Shown piece after piece: positions 26,401 through 39,000 of a DNA stretch of 64,000 nucleotides. Source of the stretch: Blasia pusilla (taxonomy: Eukaryota). Position 1 is the stretch's first letter. Every line of letters starts with the position of its first letter. A model generated the notes under the pieces. It had not been told where the DNA came from, ran no database searches, and saw nothing but the letters and a program-made list of their open reading frames with translations. The position numbers and the translations under genes were made by a program. The stretch is taken from NCBI GenBank assembly GCA_050084515.1, contig CM114271.1, forward strand, positions 11,780,001-11,844,000, written 5' to 3'.

Positions 26401-26618
26401 GTTGCCTCACTATACCCTTGTTTTCTCTATCTAGGTTACCCTGGTTAAAGAGTACCTTGAGTTAAGAGCATAGGGTAACCCCAACTAACTACTTCTATCA
26501 CCTAACTCACCCATTTAAATTGTAGACTGTTGTTCTAGCTCCTTCCACTCACCTAACTAGAGACCCAAAAGTATCTAACACACATGGGAGCCACTTATGA
26601 AGGGGCGCACAGCCAACA
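23426..26618 (-). mobile_element. About 3.2-kb insertion in the RT of family 2; possibly a long LTR with an Athila/Tat-like PBS
   Basis: Splits RT between STLDLH and HQLPI. The minus strand starts TGTTGG, ends TGACA at 23444, and is followed by TTT-TGGCGCCATTTCTGGGGA. Confidence 0.45.
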
Positions 26619-28019
26619 TGGAGATCTAAAGTACTGAAGATCTTTGCATGCCCTACCGTATCAAAGATCTCCTTAGGAGTAGGAATGGCATATCGATCTG
26701 ACCTCATCTCTCGATTGCTAGGACGGTAATCTCCACACATCCACCTATCTATCAAGTTGCCAAACATATCCTTCTTTGCCAGCGTGATTGTGGTAGATGC
26801 ATACTCACCATGCGATAACTCCATCAGTCTTGCCTCCCACAAGTCATGATACCTACAATGAATCAAGGTTCTTTCCAAATCACAATACCTATAGGGGCGA
26901 AGAAAGGTCAGTGTATCACTAACCAAATCTATTTGTATCCTCATACCCTTCAAAGTACCCAAGTCTCTCATACTCAAGGAAAAAACTATGTATCCACTGT
27001 CTCTCTCCTTTTTTCAAGTGGAGAACTATCATAAGCCCCCAAGTCTCTATTGTGACCTCACTCGAAGAAGACACAACCTCCGACTTTGGTTGTTATGTAG
27101 CAACCCTAGCCACCTCCACTACGACCACCCCACTCTAACCTTCCACATCATGCTTCACACCGGAAAATGAACATATGCTACTCTAGCCGTCTACGCACTC
27201 TCTGCTCAGAAAACGTCCCAAGAAGTCCATGTGTGCATATCTCTCCTCGTCTCGCCCCTAGGCAATCCCTCTATAGACCTTGTAGGAAATGCAACAACTT
27301 GTAGACGTGACGACATGAATGACACTCGCATATGCCTTTGCTCAGTCAAACCTAGATTGACTATCCATGTGAGACACTTGAGGTCCATTGTATGCCCCAA
27401 CACTTCTCTCCGTGATGCCTCTGTCACATTTGGCATTTCCATAGTACCCATAGTGAACCTCATGGCGCACTCGCGCTCATTAACTTTGGGCTCCTCCAAT
27501 GCTCGGGTCTCTTCAGCCCATATCATGCATGGCCCTTCCTGATGATAGGCATGGGATGCGGGAAAGCTCATCAATGTAGATAAGGCCGCCCTCGACTCCC
27601 CCACCCTATTGGCTATTGCCAATGGTGGTCTATCATATATCCTACCTCACCACTTGAGACCGACGCGGTGGACCCAGGATAGCATCCACTATCAAGTGTG
27701 GTACTCTCTCAACTCCATCATGAGCTTGCCTCAATACCTTTGATGGTTGAAGGTTGGTCCACCACAACCGTACCGTAGACAGAGAGCATGCAATCCAACT
27801 CTTGTTGCATCCAAAAATACGGAAGGTCCCAATCAAAACCTCACTTCATGCACACTTTTCATCACCCGTGCACGAGTGTCTCCCAACAATGGCTCGTTCT
27901 CCAAAATGAAGGCTGGAGAACATGTCTAACTCTAATGTAAGTGTCTTAATACTCAGAGCTTCTCCCAAAAGATCCCTAACCTTGGATTCCTCAATCCAAA
28001 CCCTTAGACAGCCGATGAA

Positions 28020-29400
28020 TAACTTTGACTGCACTATGAAAAAATAGAAGCGGGACACGCTCTAACATAGAAAGAGGAGGCTTGACAATGAGGACATCGA
28101 TGGCGACTTGATAGTATGGTTGCACGGACTGCCTAAGGAGTCTCTACATTTTTGGGGGGAATTGTGAGACATTGACATCTCCGTTCAGTTCTAGGAAAGG
28201 GCAACCATGACTTGTACACTACAAGGCTCCAACAAATTAATGGAGAGATAAAATCCATGGACCAACAGGGATGGAAGCACTCATCCGCTGCAGTCTGCAC
28301 CATTGATGACAGTCAAATTTTTGGTCCATACCCTCCAAGCATCCTCCATCTTTCTTCTTAGCAAGACCAACAAGTGGAGGCAACTCAAAAATATAGTTTC
28401 CATCATAAGTGTTGGAAACTCATCCACAAAAATTTGCTTGAACATTTTCAAGGGGAGAGACGAAAGCAAACTATTCCCTGAAACTTGCAACAGGAATGTG
28501 TATGCAAATGTTGGGTCTAATTTGTTTCCAACAGCTCCCGTGAGGTCGATGACATCTAGAATGTCTTTCTCTTGAACCACACTATCATGAATTCGTGAGT
28601 ATGGAGTCAAAGCTAGATATATAGAGGCAGGGGTGGAAAACGTGAAACCGAAAGCACTCGTAGGTTATAGATTGCCGAGATCAGACAGAGTGGGCTTTAG
28701 AGGCAAGCCATAGATTCTATATTGTGCATTAGAGTAAGGTAAGAGATTCCATACTCCGTAGTCTCCAATCTGGAGAAGAAATTGGAGTGATAGCAAATAT
28801 TCTTCAACTAGTGCATGAGCATCGCGAGGTTGCGCCCGAATTATCTTCGATTGAGGAAGGGCTACTAGATGACTACCACATGTGAGTTTCACATAATTTT
28901 CCATCTTGATATGATAACAAAGTTGATTCCACCAAAAAGAACGTGAATGAGAATAATGAATTTATAGTGAACAATGTTCAAGTGTATTTTAACAAAAGTT
29001 GTCTAATATGCAGTTGGTAGTTAGGTTGAACCATTTCCAGCTGACTGGACCAAGCAATCAGGAATATTCTTGCAGTAGATCCTTGGGTATGCAACCTGTT
29101 GGAGTCCCACGGTTTTTCTTCGATGAGGAAATGTAATCCGTTGAACTCCAATGGATTGCAGGGATGACATTCGTCAACCCATCGGATTCCGACAAGTAGC
29201 ATTTTGACCAATCATTGGGCTTATCTCAGTTGGATAGAAAAGTGTAAGGCAATCTATCGGATTCCGACCAGTTACTTTTAAGCCCATGGAATGGCACTTG
29301 GGACAAAAGAAAGGAGAGGGGCGAGGTGGTATTTGTTTAACTCATCTAGTTTTGATAGGTTGTAGTTGGTCCAAAGTGGGGTTGGGGGGTCTTTGGGATG
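28020..29400 (-). other. About 1.4-kb unrelated insert with short coding-like segments, placed just after the GWPC motif of the family-2 methyltransferase
   Basis: DNMT homology stops near 29400 and resumes near 28010 (NPRLGIFWE). Between them lie minus-strand ORFs 28281-28610, 28665-28904 and 28978-29211 that I do not recognise. Confidence 0.5.
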
Positions 29401-30513
29401 TACATGGCCATCCAAAAATCACCAAATGAATGGTGCCAAATTTATCTAGGTCCTAAGCTCCCAACAACAAAAATTTGGCGGGTAGTGTATATTGGTATCA
29501 CCATACTGCAAATACCGGCAATAAATCAAAATATCTCTGGACCAACCTGATGCAATGAGACTCGTTGTGCAATCTCATCTCTCTCCAGATAATGGTATTG
29601 ATGCACCCGTATGCATGCTTGTAACACCACCGCCGATCGCATGCTGATCCCTCCAAAGAGATCTAACACCCAGATAGCCTCCTTTGGACATTGCCACACA
29701 ATGGATGTGGTATGCACTTGTATCAACGTCTCCACTCCAAGAAAAAGGCACAATTATACGCGTGCCTCATGAGGTTCCATGCACTCTTGTGCAAATCACA
29801 AGTCATATCCCATAATGGTGAGGAGATCTCAACAACATGGGAAGAGACACTCACCATGTAATTATTGAAGACTGAGATACAATCAAGCTCATCAGGCATC
29901 CGAATTGCTATATTTGATACTCACACGAAGTAAGGAAGCTTAATCTTGATTAGTTAGTTAAGGGCAATGATCTTAACTTGGGTTAGTTAATCATAATTAG
30001 TCTAACTCGAGACTATGGTTAAGATTATGGTTAGGTTTGATTGTACATACCCTATATAATTGAGAAGGGGACCAGCCTCCATTCGTTCTCTCATTCCAAA
30101 ATTTTATTTTCCATGGTGGTGTATGAGTGAGAGTTGTTTCCCACCAATTATGCTTATTTAGTAGTTTTTAAGAGTTCTTGATCAATTTAACCATATGAGT
30201 CCGCATTGTTCAGAAAGAGGCCCAAATCTGGTTTTAATTTTCTTAAAGAGCTCGTCGAGAGCTTTCCAATGCATAAAAAATTTCTTGATGCTCACATTCA
30301 AAGCTCCCGCAATAGCAATTTCAGTGTAGGAAAGTGCAATTAGTGAAGAAAAGTTATATAGTTTGCTCTCTACAGGCCAATTTCGAGTAGTTCTTTCATA
30401 GAGTAGATCAATTTTGGAAAATTTCATGTCGATCTCTATTTTGGAGTGGTCTATGCTTCAATTGAAATAGTGGAAAGCCTAAAATTACGTCTTTGTGAGT
30501 AAAATTGTTTGTC

Positions 30514-33500
30514 ATGGAGTATTCCTCAGCAGCAATCACAAGCGAGAAGCTAGATAAGCAGAATTACAATGTCTGGAAGTCTCGCATGAAACAATTTCTC
30601 GTGGGTCAAGAACTATGAGACCTTGTTACATGTGATGAAGCCAAGCTAGAAGATGCCTCAATAGACTAGAATGTTCACGCTTGGAACAAATGCGCATACA
30701 AGTAATCCACTACATTTCAATAACGATGAGTTTGCCAATGATAGATCACATTCAAGATGTTGGTATTCCGAAGGAGGCTTGAGATGCTTTGAAAATTTTG
30801 TTCCAAACATCTACAAAGGCTAGAAAACTTCAATTAAAACATCAATTGAACGAAGTGAGGAAAGAATCCTAGAGCATCAATGAATATATTTTGAATATCA
30901 AACATATTGTTGATCAGTTGAATAACATTAGAGTGACAGTAGAAGATGATGATCTGATTTTGTTCACTCTTCAAGGCCTTCCAAAGGATTACGAGTCCTT
31001 TGAGACCTTTATTTCTCTTAAAGAGAAGTATCCAACCTTTCAAGAGTTAGTCCCACTATTAATTAGTGAAGAGATGCACCTAGTAGGCAACGATAGCTCA
31101 TCTGGTCTGCAAGAAAGTGCGCTATTTGTAGGTAATGGATCAAACAGAGGCACAGTTTGTGGTAGAAGATTGCGTTATTATGGTCGATATCAAGCATATG
31201 GAGGAAGAGACACTCAATATAATGTCACTCAATCAACTACGAATCAATACCAAACATAATCAGATGGTGGTGAGGTGGAAACCATTAGGGTCAAGGTCAA
31301 TAGTAGAGGGTCCTTGGATCTTGCAAGTACTGTGGGATAAAGGGTCGTTATGCAAAGTTTTGCTTCAAGAAGAAGGCAAATATGAGAAGAAGAGTCTTAC
31401 AACAAAAAACTATGTAGAGCAACAATACCAAAGGCAGTATCAAGAACAATAACATTTACAAACTAAGCACCTCTTAGTTATAACTCATCATATGGGAGCA
31501 ATAGTCAAGAAAGACTTGACAGCAGATGGGTAGATCGACTCAGGTGCTTCAAATCACATGACCTCACAAGCTAAATGGTTCAGTAGTATGGAGTCGGTGA
31601 GAGATCCTGTAATAGTGCTCACAAGAGATGACACTCAACATCATATCACACATATCGGTAAAGTTCCAATAGCATCAGATGGTCTTTGTGCTATTGGAAA
31701 TGTTCTCTATATTCCTACCATTGCAAGAAACTTCATCTGTGTCAGACAGATAGTAGAACAGAGTTATGAAGTGAAGTTTAAAATAGATGGTTGTTTCATT
31801 GAAACAAAGGATGACCAAATTACGATAGTCAAAGGAACTAGATCTGGAAAAATGTTCAAATTAGATATTTCTATGCTAGGGATTCAAACAAAAATATATG
31901 GTCAAATTGGCCAACAAGTCACATATCTAAATGCGTGGCATAAGAGAATTGGACATATAAATCTTTAAAGATTACAAAGTCTTTCATCATCTAATCTAGT
32001 AATAGGATTTCCTAAATTAGCGAGTCATGCTACGTTAGAGGTATGTCATGCTTGCCAATTTGGAAAACAAGCTAGATTTTCATTTCCAAAGCAAGGTAGA
32101 AGGACATCCAAGATATTAGAGTTGAATCCCAATGATGTGTGGACAACATCACAACATAGCCTTAGTATTTGCCAATAATTTATTTCATTTATTGATGACT
32201 TCTCTAGGTATATATGGATATACTTTCTGAAAGCCAAGTCAAAGATATTCTCAATATTCCAAACATTGAGAGTTCTAGTAGAGAAGCAGATTGGAGAGCA
32301 TATTCTGAAATTACGTTGTGATGGAGGAAGAGAGTATCTTTCAACAGAGTTTCATAACTACTTATGTCAAAATGACATCCAATATCAAGTGACTTGCCGT
32401 TACACTCCACAATAAAATGGAGTGGTTGAGAGGAAAAATCGACATATTGCTGAGGTGGCACGAGCTATGCTGAATGAGAAGAACATACCTAAGGTGTATT
32501 GGGCAGAGATTGTAGCGTGTTCAATCTTCTTAATCAACCAAACCCCAATAGCAAGAGTTCATGATAAGTCTCCATTCGAAGTCTTCATAGGAATTAAACC
32601 CGATTTTCCTTCTTGAAAGTATTTGGCTGTATTTGTTATGCTCATGTTCCTTCTAAAAGGCGTCAAAAATTAGATCCCAAGTCTGAAAGATATATCTGCA
32701 TTGTCTACGCTAATAGAACTAAGGGATATAAGTGCTACATTCCATCCTCTAACCAGCTTATTATTAGTCGCGATGTTTGATGAGCTAAAGTTATGGTACG
32801 CTCTATCTGAGCCTATTCCACCTCTAAACTTGTTTGTTGAGGAGGAGAATATGACTATCATCCGACAGATATTGCCTACGAATTCCCCAAGTACTAGTGT
32901 AGGATTAGGAGAGGTCCTAGATTCGTCTGTTAAATTTTGTGAGTCCATGGACGGGAAGAATACGTATTCAGTCTGTTGACACTAGTCAAAGCTTGAGTCA
33001 GGTGTTAGAGGCTTCCACCTCTGAACAATAACTTCGTAGATCAAGTAGAGTCACACATCTTGTTCATAGATTCATAAATGAAGGATTCCTTATGACACAT
33101 TATGCATATATGATGACTACCCTTCGAGGACAAGAGCCAAGTTGTTTTGAAGAAGCTTCAAGTAAGGTAGAATGGATTGAAGTTATGGATGAATAACATG
33201 TTGTAGTAAGACATCAACAGACCTGAGAGCTAGTTGATATACCTTATGGTAAGGAAGCTATTGGTTGCAAATGGGTTTACAAAATCAAGCACAATCAAGA
33301 TGATACAGTTAATACATACAAAGCAAGATTGGTGGCTAAGGGCTATGCACAACAATATGGCATCGATTTTGAGGAGATGTTTAGCCTTGTTGCAAAGATG
33401 GCGACTAAAAGAATAGTGGTTGCACTTGTAGTAAGTAAGAAGTAAAGATTACATCACATGGCTGTCAAGAATATCTTTTTGAATGAATATCTATATGAGG

Positions 33501-34030
33501 AGGTATATATGACTCAACCACCTCGATATGAGCATCCCAAGTTTCCATTTCGCGTATGCAGGTTGAAGAAAGCTTTATAAGGGCTCAAACAAGCTCCAAG
33601 AGCTTGGTATGGCAAGATTACATACGTCTTACAAGAGTTGGGCTTTTGAGTATGTGATTGTGACTCCTCATTATATGTCTTAAGAGGATAAGATGATAAG
33701 GTTCTCATTGTGTTGTATGTTGACGACATCTTGATTACTGGGAGTACTGAGGATATGATACAACAAGTCAATCTAAAGTTACAAGCATAATTTGATATGA
33801 AGGACTTAGCAGAACTAAAGTACTTCCTTGGTGTTGAGGATTTATAGATTCTCATTGGGCAGGAAGCGTGTCTGTTAGACACTCCACATCTAGTTATTCA
33901 TTTAACTCGGGAAGTGGAGCTATGAGTTGGGCTTCAAAGAAGCAACCTACAATTGCTTTATCTTCAACAGATGTTGAATACAGAGGAGAAACCAATGTAG
34001 CATATGAGGCGGTATGGCTTCATCGATTAC
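30514..34030 (+). mobile_element. Degenerate Ty1/copia retrotransposon internal region
   Basis: gag EKLDKQNYNVWK, knuckle CKYCG, protease DSGASNHMT, WHKRIGHIN, integrase NGVVERKNRHIAEVARAML, RT IGCKWVYKIK...YKARLVAKGYAQQYGIDF and LYVDDIL, RNase H SWASKKQPTIALSST. Copia order INT-RT-RH; many stops; LTRs not defined. Confidence 0.92.
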
Positions 34031-34234
34031 TTGTTGAGAACTTGCTAATGTTGAATGGTCTTTGCAGATTGGTCCCACGTCAGCTGAGTTTCAATCTCTG
34101 GGATGAGCATTTCCTATCCAGATAAAACCTGGCCTAAGTCTGACATGAGTGGTGAGGAAGAAAGAATCAAAAGCTGTAGTGGTGAGTGTGCGAGTTAATG
34201 GTTGAAGGACCTCAAAAGTTTGATGCTAAATTTG

Positions 34235-34580
34235 AGAGCGCACATCTACAGCAAGCGTCCGCCCTGGGAACTCATGGACGATTCTCTCCAATGGGCGCTC
34301 GATGTGGCAAGTTCGGCGGAGATGGAGTGGAGAAGAGAATTCAGATGGCAAGCTCGACCGAAATTGAGTGAAACTTCCCGAGGTCCTCTCTCTCAAGCGC
34401 TGCACTTCCGAAGCTCCTCTGCAGGCTGCCGTCATTGATAGAGAAGAGGAGGAGGAGGAAGATGCCTTTCATCATCGTGCGCATCTACAGCGAGTGGGAA
34501 TTCATTGATGATTCTCTCCTATGAGCGCATGATGTGGCAAGCTCGACGGAGATGGAGTTGGGAGAGAAAATTCAGAGAGA
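34235..34580. repeat. Diverged direct repeat of about 105-115 bp (34235-34350 and 34477-34580)
   Basis: Shared CATCTACAGC...GATTCTCTCC...GATGTGGCAAG...CGGAGATGGAGT...AATTCAGA. Confidence 0.75.
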
Positions 34581-36080
34581 ATGAAAAAAATCAGAGAGAG
34601 AGTGAAAAAATTCTAGAGGTTCACAGAGTGGACAAACGACCGAAAACTCATGGGCAACGAGAGCAGTAAAAAATCTCAAGAAAGTACCTTTGAAAAGTCT
34701 CGCTCCCGGCCTCTGATAAGAGCTTACTGCCACCCTACTCGGCTAGTAGCTGTAATCGAGTTTCTAGCCACCCTCCTCGGTTGGGGATGTTCTAGATGCA
34801 ATTTCCACTGCAATTCCTCCTCCACCCACTGCAATTCCAAGACCTCCCTCTCGAAGGCCCAATTTGGCAGATACAAGATACAAGTGTCCCAAGAAAGTAA
34901 AATAAAATCACCCGACCAATCTAACCAAGGCACGGTTTTGCACAAGTCCGAAATAGAGTCCCATAGCGCTTACGATTTTTTTTTAAAAGGGTGGGCTTCA
35001 CTTCTTATAGAGAGTGGAATTCTAACTCTTTTCCGAACATAGTAACCCCCCACGTCTTAGTAATAGTATAGATACACTGTAGACAAACGACCGCATACTA
35101 GTTACGGCAACCATTTGCAGTTTTTCTTTCTCTTCATCTACTCTTGTGTAATAGGTAATTCCCTCCCCACTCCCTCTCAAAGGGCCGCAAAGTGGTTGGC
35201 GTAAGTCAACTGATCGTATCATATACGCGCACATACTGTCGGATGAGAGTAAGATTGGTGACGTTTTCCTCGTCGGACATGAAGCACGCAACGCCCGAGG
35301 TATCGCGCGGGCGTTGTTGTTGGTGATGTGGTTTCGTTTCGTGCGTGGGACGGACGCGGAGCAGCTTGAAGCGCAGGAAAACGAGGAGATCCGGAGGGCG
35401 CTGTGCACTAATGATCGATCAGGTTCGTGGAGGGACGCGCCGCTGCAGCCCTGTGATGCTCTTCTTCCAATCAGTGGCCTATCGCGGAAAGATTGAGCCG
35501 TCGAGTGAAGTCCAAGAAGTTGACCGTAATTGAGAAGCACAGATAGGGGATGGGACAATACTTGGAATGGGAGGGCAGAAAGAATCGTCAGCTTGAAAAA
35601 GTGTTGGAGGAGAATCGTCCGCTAGAATGTTCACAGTCCTGAGCGTTAGTTCTGTTGAGAAAGTGGAGCGGATTGGAATGACTACCACTGTCGCAAGCCT
35701 AGTTAGGGCAATACTTGGAGAGGATGGGAATGACTATCGTCATCTCAAGCTTAGATAGGACAGTACTTGAAGTAGAAACTTACACATTCAACGAATAGCA
35801 GGGTCTTACAGATGTAAGCTTGCGAGTAACTATGCACTCCTTGAAGAGAGTTGAGTAAGTCAGCTGATCCCGATGCGACGCGAAAGAGTTCGTGTCTTGT
35901 ATCTGATTGGGAACTCGAATGGGGCTGAGATGTCGCAGGCAGTCAAATAATCGCATATCCTTAAAGGTCACAAATAAAGCTGTATAAGACACGCATCTAC
36001 ATGTCTTTTTTTTTCCAAAGCTGATTTCAACCTGCTCTTGAATGTGGGTTGGCGTGGGTTTGCAGCTTGAGGCATTGGTG

Positions 36081-39000
36081 ATGGGGATGGAGATATCCGG
36101 CGTCCTAGCCTTGCTCGACAAATTTGATTCCCATTCCCTGATCCGCGATTTGGAGGATGTCCCATGCCAACGCCGCCGATGTAAATTATTAGCAAACTGT
36201 ATAAAGTCGCTAGTGTCCCTTCTCAAAGAGATGAAAGCGAGCCACACACAACTCTTCTTGTCTACCATGGAAGCCTTCCTGGCTTTAGAGCCTGCATTGG
36301 TGGACGCCCGGAGGTATTCTTCTTCGTTGCTTTTGTCATTTAGTCTTACAAACCATGGTCTCAAGAATAAGGATTTCGAGGAGCATAACGTGTAATTTTC
36401 CTTGGGAGTGATTTTCATAGGCGATTTAACCTGAGATTACCTTACTTTCTCGGATCATGGATTCTTCATACATGCACATATAATGATTATAATTGCCTCT
36501 TGACGAAATTTCTTGATCCATGTATTATAAGTTTTGTATATTCGAAATGGATTGGGCGTAGTCCTCCCGATTCCCACGAAAAATTTACGCATAGAGCAGA
36601 ATTTGAAGAGGGCTGTCGGACTTATCTCATGTGTCACAAGAGACATTTATCCAAAAGAAACCAGGACCAACGAAGTGTTTCGTGAAATGGGGATAGAGAT
36701 GAAGCTAAACCGGGTTTGGGGATCATTGAATTCTGACAATGACATAGATTACCGTCCACCTGGTACTCCCAGTCCCACATATCATAAGATTTTTCAAATT
36801 ATCAGCTTGTCAAGAAACCATCTGGATGTAATGGGTAGAAATAATTTGAGTAAAAATGCTGCCTATTCTGTTAAATTGATGAGTGAGCACATTGTCTCAA
36901 TCTTCTCCTGTTGCCTCCTTTTTTATGGATTCTCCTTGACACTGTCCTGCTCCCTCTTGGTCTGCTTGTTTGAATATTGAATGCTGGATGATAGAATGAG
37001 GATAGAAGTCTCGTAACTGTGATGCAGTGAGCTTGTACTATACGTTTTACAATGAGCTGACTTCTTCTACAGCTGTTCTTGACGCAATTTAGTGGGCATT
37101 GTCAAGAGATTTGGCAGTGTTGTTATCCAAACTGATGATCCTGCAGTGCCCTAATTTGACTGGGCATGGCTTTTAGTTTGTCACATACTCTGCTATGTTG
37201 ACTGGAAAGAAGAGTTAACCAAAGTCCTATCAGCAAGCCCAAAAGATCAAAGTAAGTAGGCAGCTGCACGTGACATATATATGTCCAACATTGTAGTCTG
37301 TATCCATTGACTAGTGACTTGCAGAGTTAATTCAATCCAGACTTCAACAACAAACTTTCAAATGCTTGACTAGATTGTTGATGGATCACATACTCATGGC
37401 AGTGGGTCTTCTATGTTATCAACGAGCCAACTCATCTGCTTTGACTCCACATTTCTGTTGCTCCAAACTTGGACATGCTTTGATTTGTTTGATTGATGAT
37501 TTGTTGAGAGATTTTCTGTGGAAGTTTAAATGAGCAGGAAGAACTGTAACACCCATGAGCTCCTTGGAAGTAGCTTTCTAAATCACCTAGCATCTTCAAC
37601 ACCTAAGTTCCTTCTTATTGGTTGGCTTCCAAGAGGGGATTGGTACAGTATCTGAATATCTTGACATCCTAGAAAGGGATCTGCCTTCTTGTTACTTCTG
37701 CAATCTTGAATTGACTTAAGGATGGTTATTTGTTGAAAACCTAGAGGGTAAGATTCGCCTTGCTGAAAGTAGAACTTACCTGGAAGATACAAAGGAACTT
37801 TGCAAAATCAGAATAAAAGGAAATACCAGTATCCACTTCTGATCTTCTTTTTGCTTTTCAACACTCCTCATGTCTTTTTGCACTGACTGGATATCATGAT
37901 TCAGTTTGCAGAAAGCAGTTGGTGACAGTCCTTGATGATTCAAAGTCTGAAAGCCTGTATTGAGATTCCGGGCTGCTCTAACTTGGGAATGCTTGGATGT
38001 TTCAGATGGGTGGAAAAGGTTCAACAATATGGGAATCTCAGGCTTTTATTCTTGCATGCTCCACTTAGTCAAGAGTTTAGAAAGATCTCATCTCAAATCC
38101 TTGAAAGCCTGCATTCTCTCCCGATGGATCAGTTACAAACATCAACACAGATGGAGGAAGAGATTCGGAAATTCAAATCGAATGTGGAGAAACTTCTGGA
38201 AGAACTCAAGGATATTAGCGATGACAAACACAAGGAAATGCAAAATTTTTTAGCAAAGGTAACAACCTGTGAGGAAATTAATGGCCACTTGGAAAAATTG
38301 AAGGCTTTCCCTCAACTTTGGAACATGAAGGTGTCTTTTTCCAGTGAAATAAAGGTTATACAGAGCTTGTTGTGAAAAATCAGTACAGAAGAAGTTTCAG
38401 CTTTTTGGAATAAGTTGCCTCTTATTGAGAAAATATTGTCAGAGAGGTATTTTCAGTGCCTTGCAATCCACGATTCTGATTTTTTACTCAAGTCGCAGCC
38501 ATGTTTTTCTCGTTGAATCATTCCTCTCCATATGTATTTTACAGGATTGGTTAAAATCTAGTTGAAATGATTTTGCAGTTTAAGTTCATCCTCCAAAAAT
38601 TAGAATAATTTCCAAGAAAGGATTCAATTCTTGCGCTATAATAGGGCTTTCTGGAAAGAGCATTTCGTGAACTTCAATTTTTATTGAATCTGGTTGTGTG
38701 AAGGAAATGGAATATTGAATTACAGTGTTCCATCCAGAAGATTTTTGTTTTTGGCCTCAGAGATATTTAGTTCATCTATTCCAGGAGACGCAATTTAGCT
38801 TAAGGACAATAATAGTGTGCTTTGTGGCTGACAAATGCATCTGTTTCTTGGTTGTGTTATGAAGCTTTCAGGTGTGCTGAGGTCTCATAACCTGGGAGGG
38901 GCAATGCCAGGAGGAGGTAGAGTTGTGGATCAAGTATTGAAGTGGCTTGCAGATCAGTTTCAGGCGGATGTTGAAATAATGCTATCAGAGTGGGATAACA

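Larger units (their letters stand above)
21561..29750 (-). mobile_element. Body of older family-2 element (PHD, INT, RH, RT, DNMT), heavily decayed and interrupted by two inserts
   Basis: CMLCGSARGAHTMLVCDGCS (about 21650-21710), FLPFGLKNA and CNIDDIL (about 23230-23340), MCGDYRP (about 26730), ERECAMRF...SRREVLGHTMD (about 27380-27480), LVIFGWPC (about 29400-29425), VLDLFGGIS (about 29645-29670). No gag or 5' repeat found. Confidence 0.85.

Noticed and set aside
29800-30500. 5' LTR and PBS of the copia element
   Set aside because: No matching 3' LTR and no clear tRNA-Met PBS, so boundaries cannot be supported.
34650-35780. Short ORFs and weak 50-bp repeats upstream of the U-box gene as a separate gene
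   Set aside because: No recognisable protein or consistent splice structure; more likely promoter, UTR or repeat debris.
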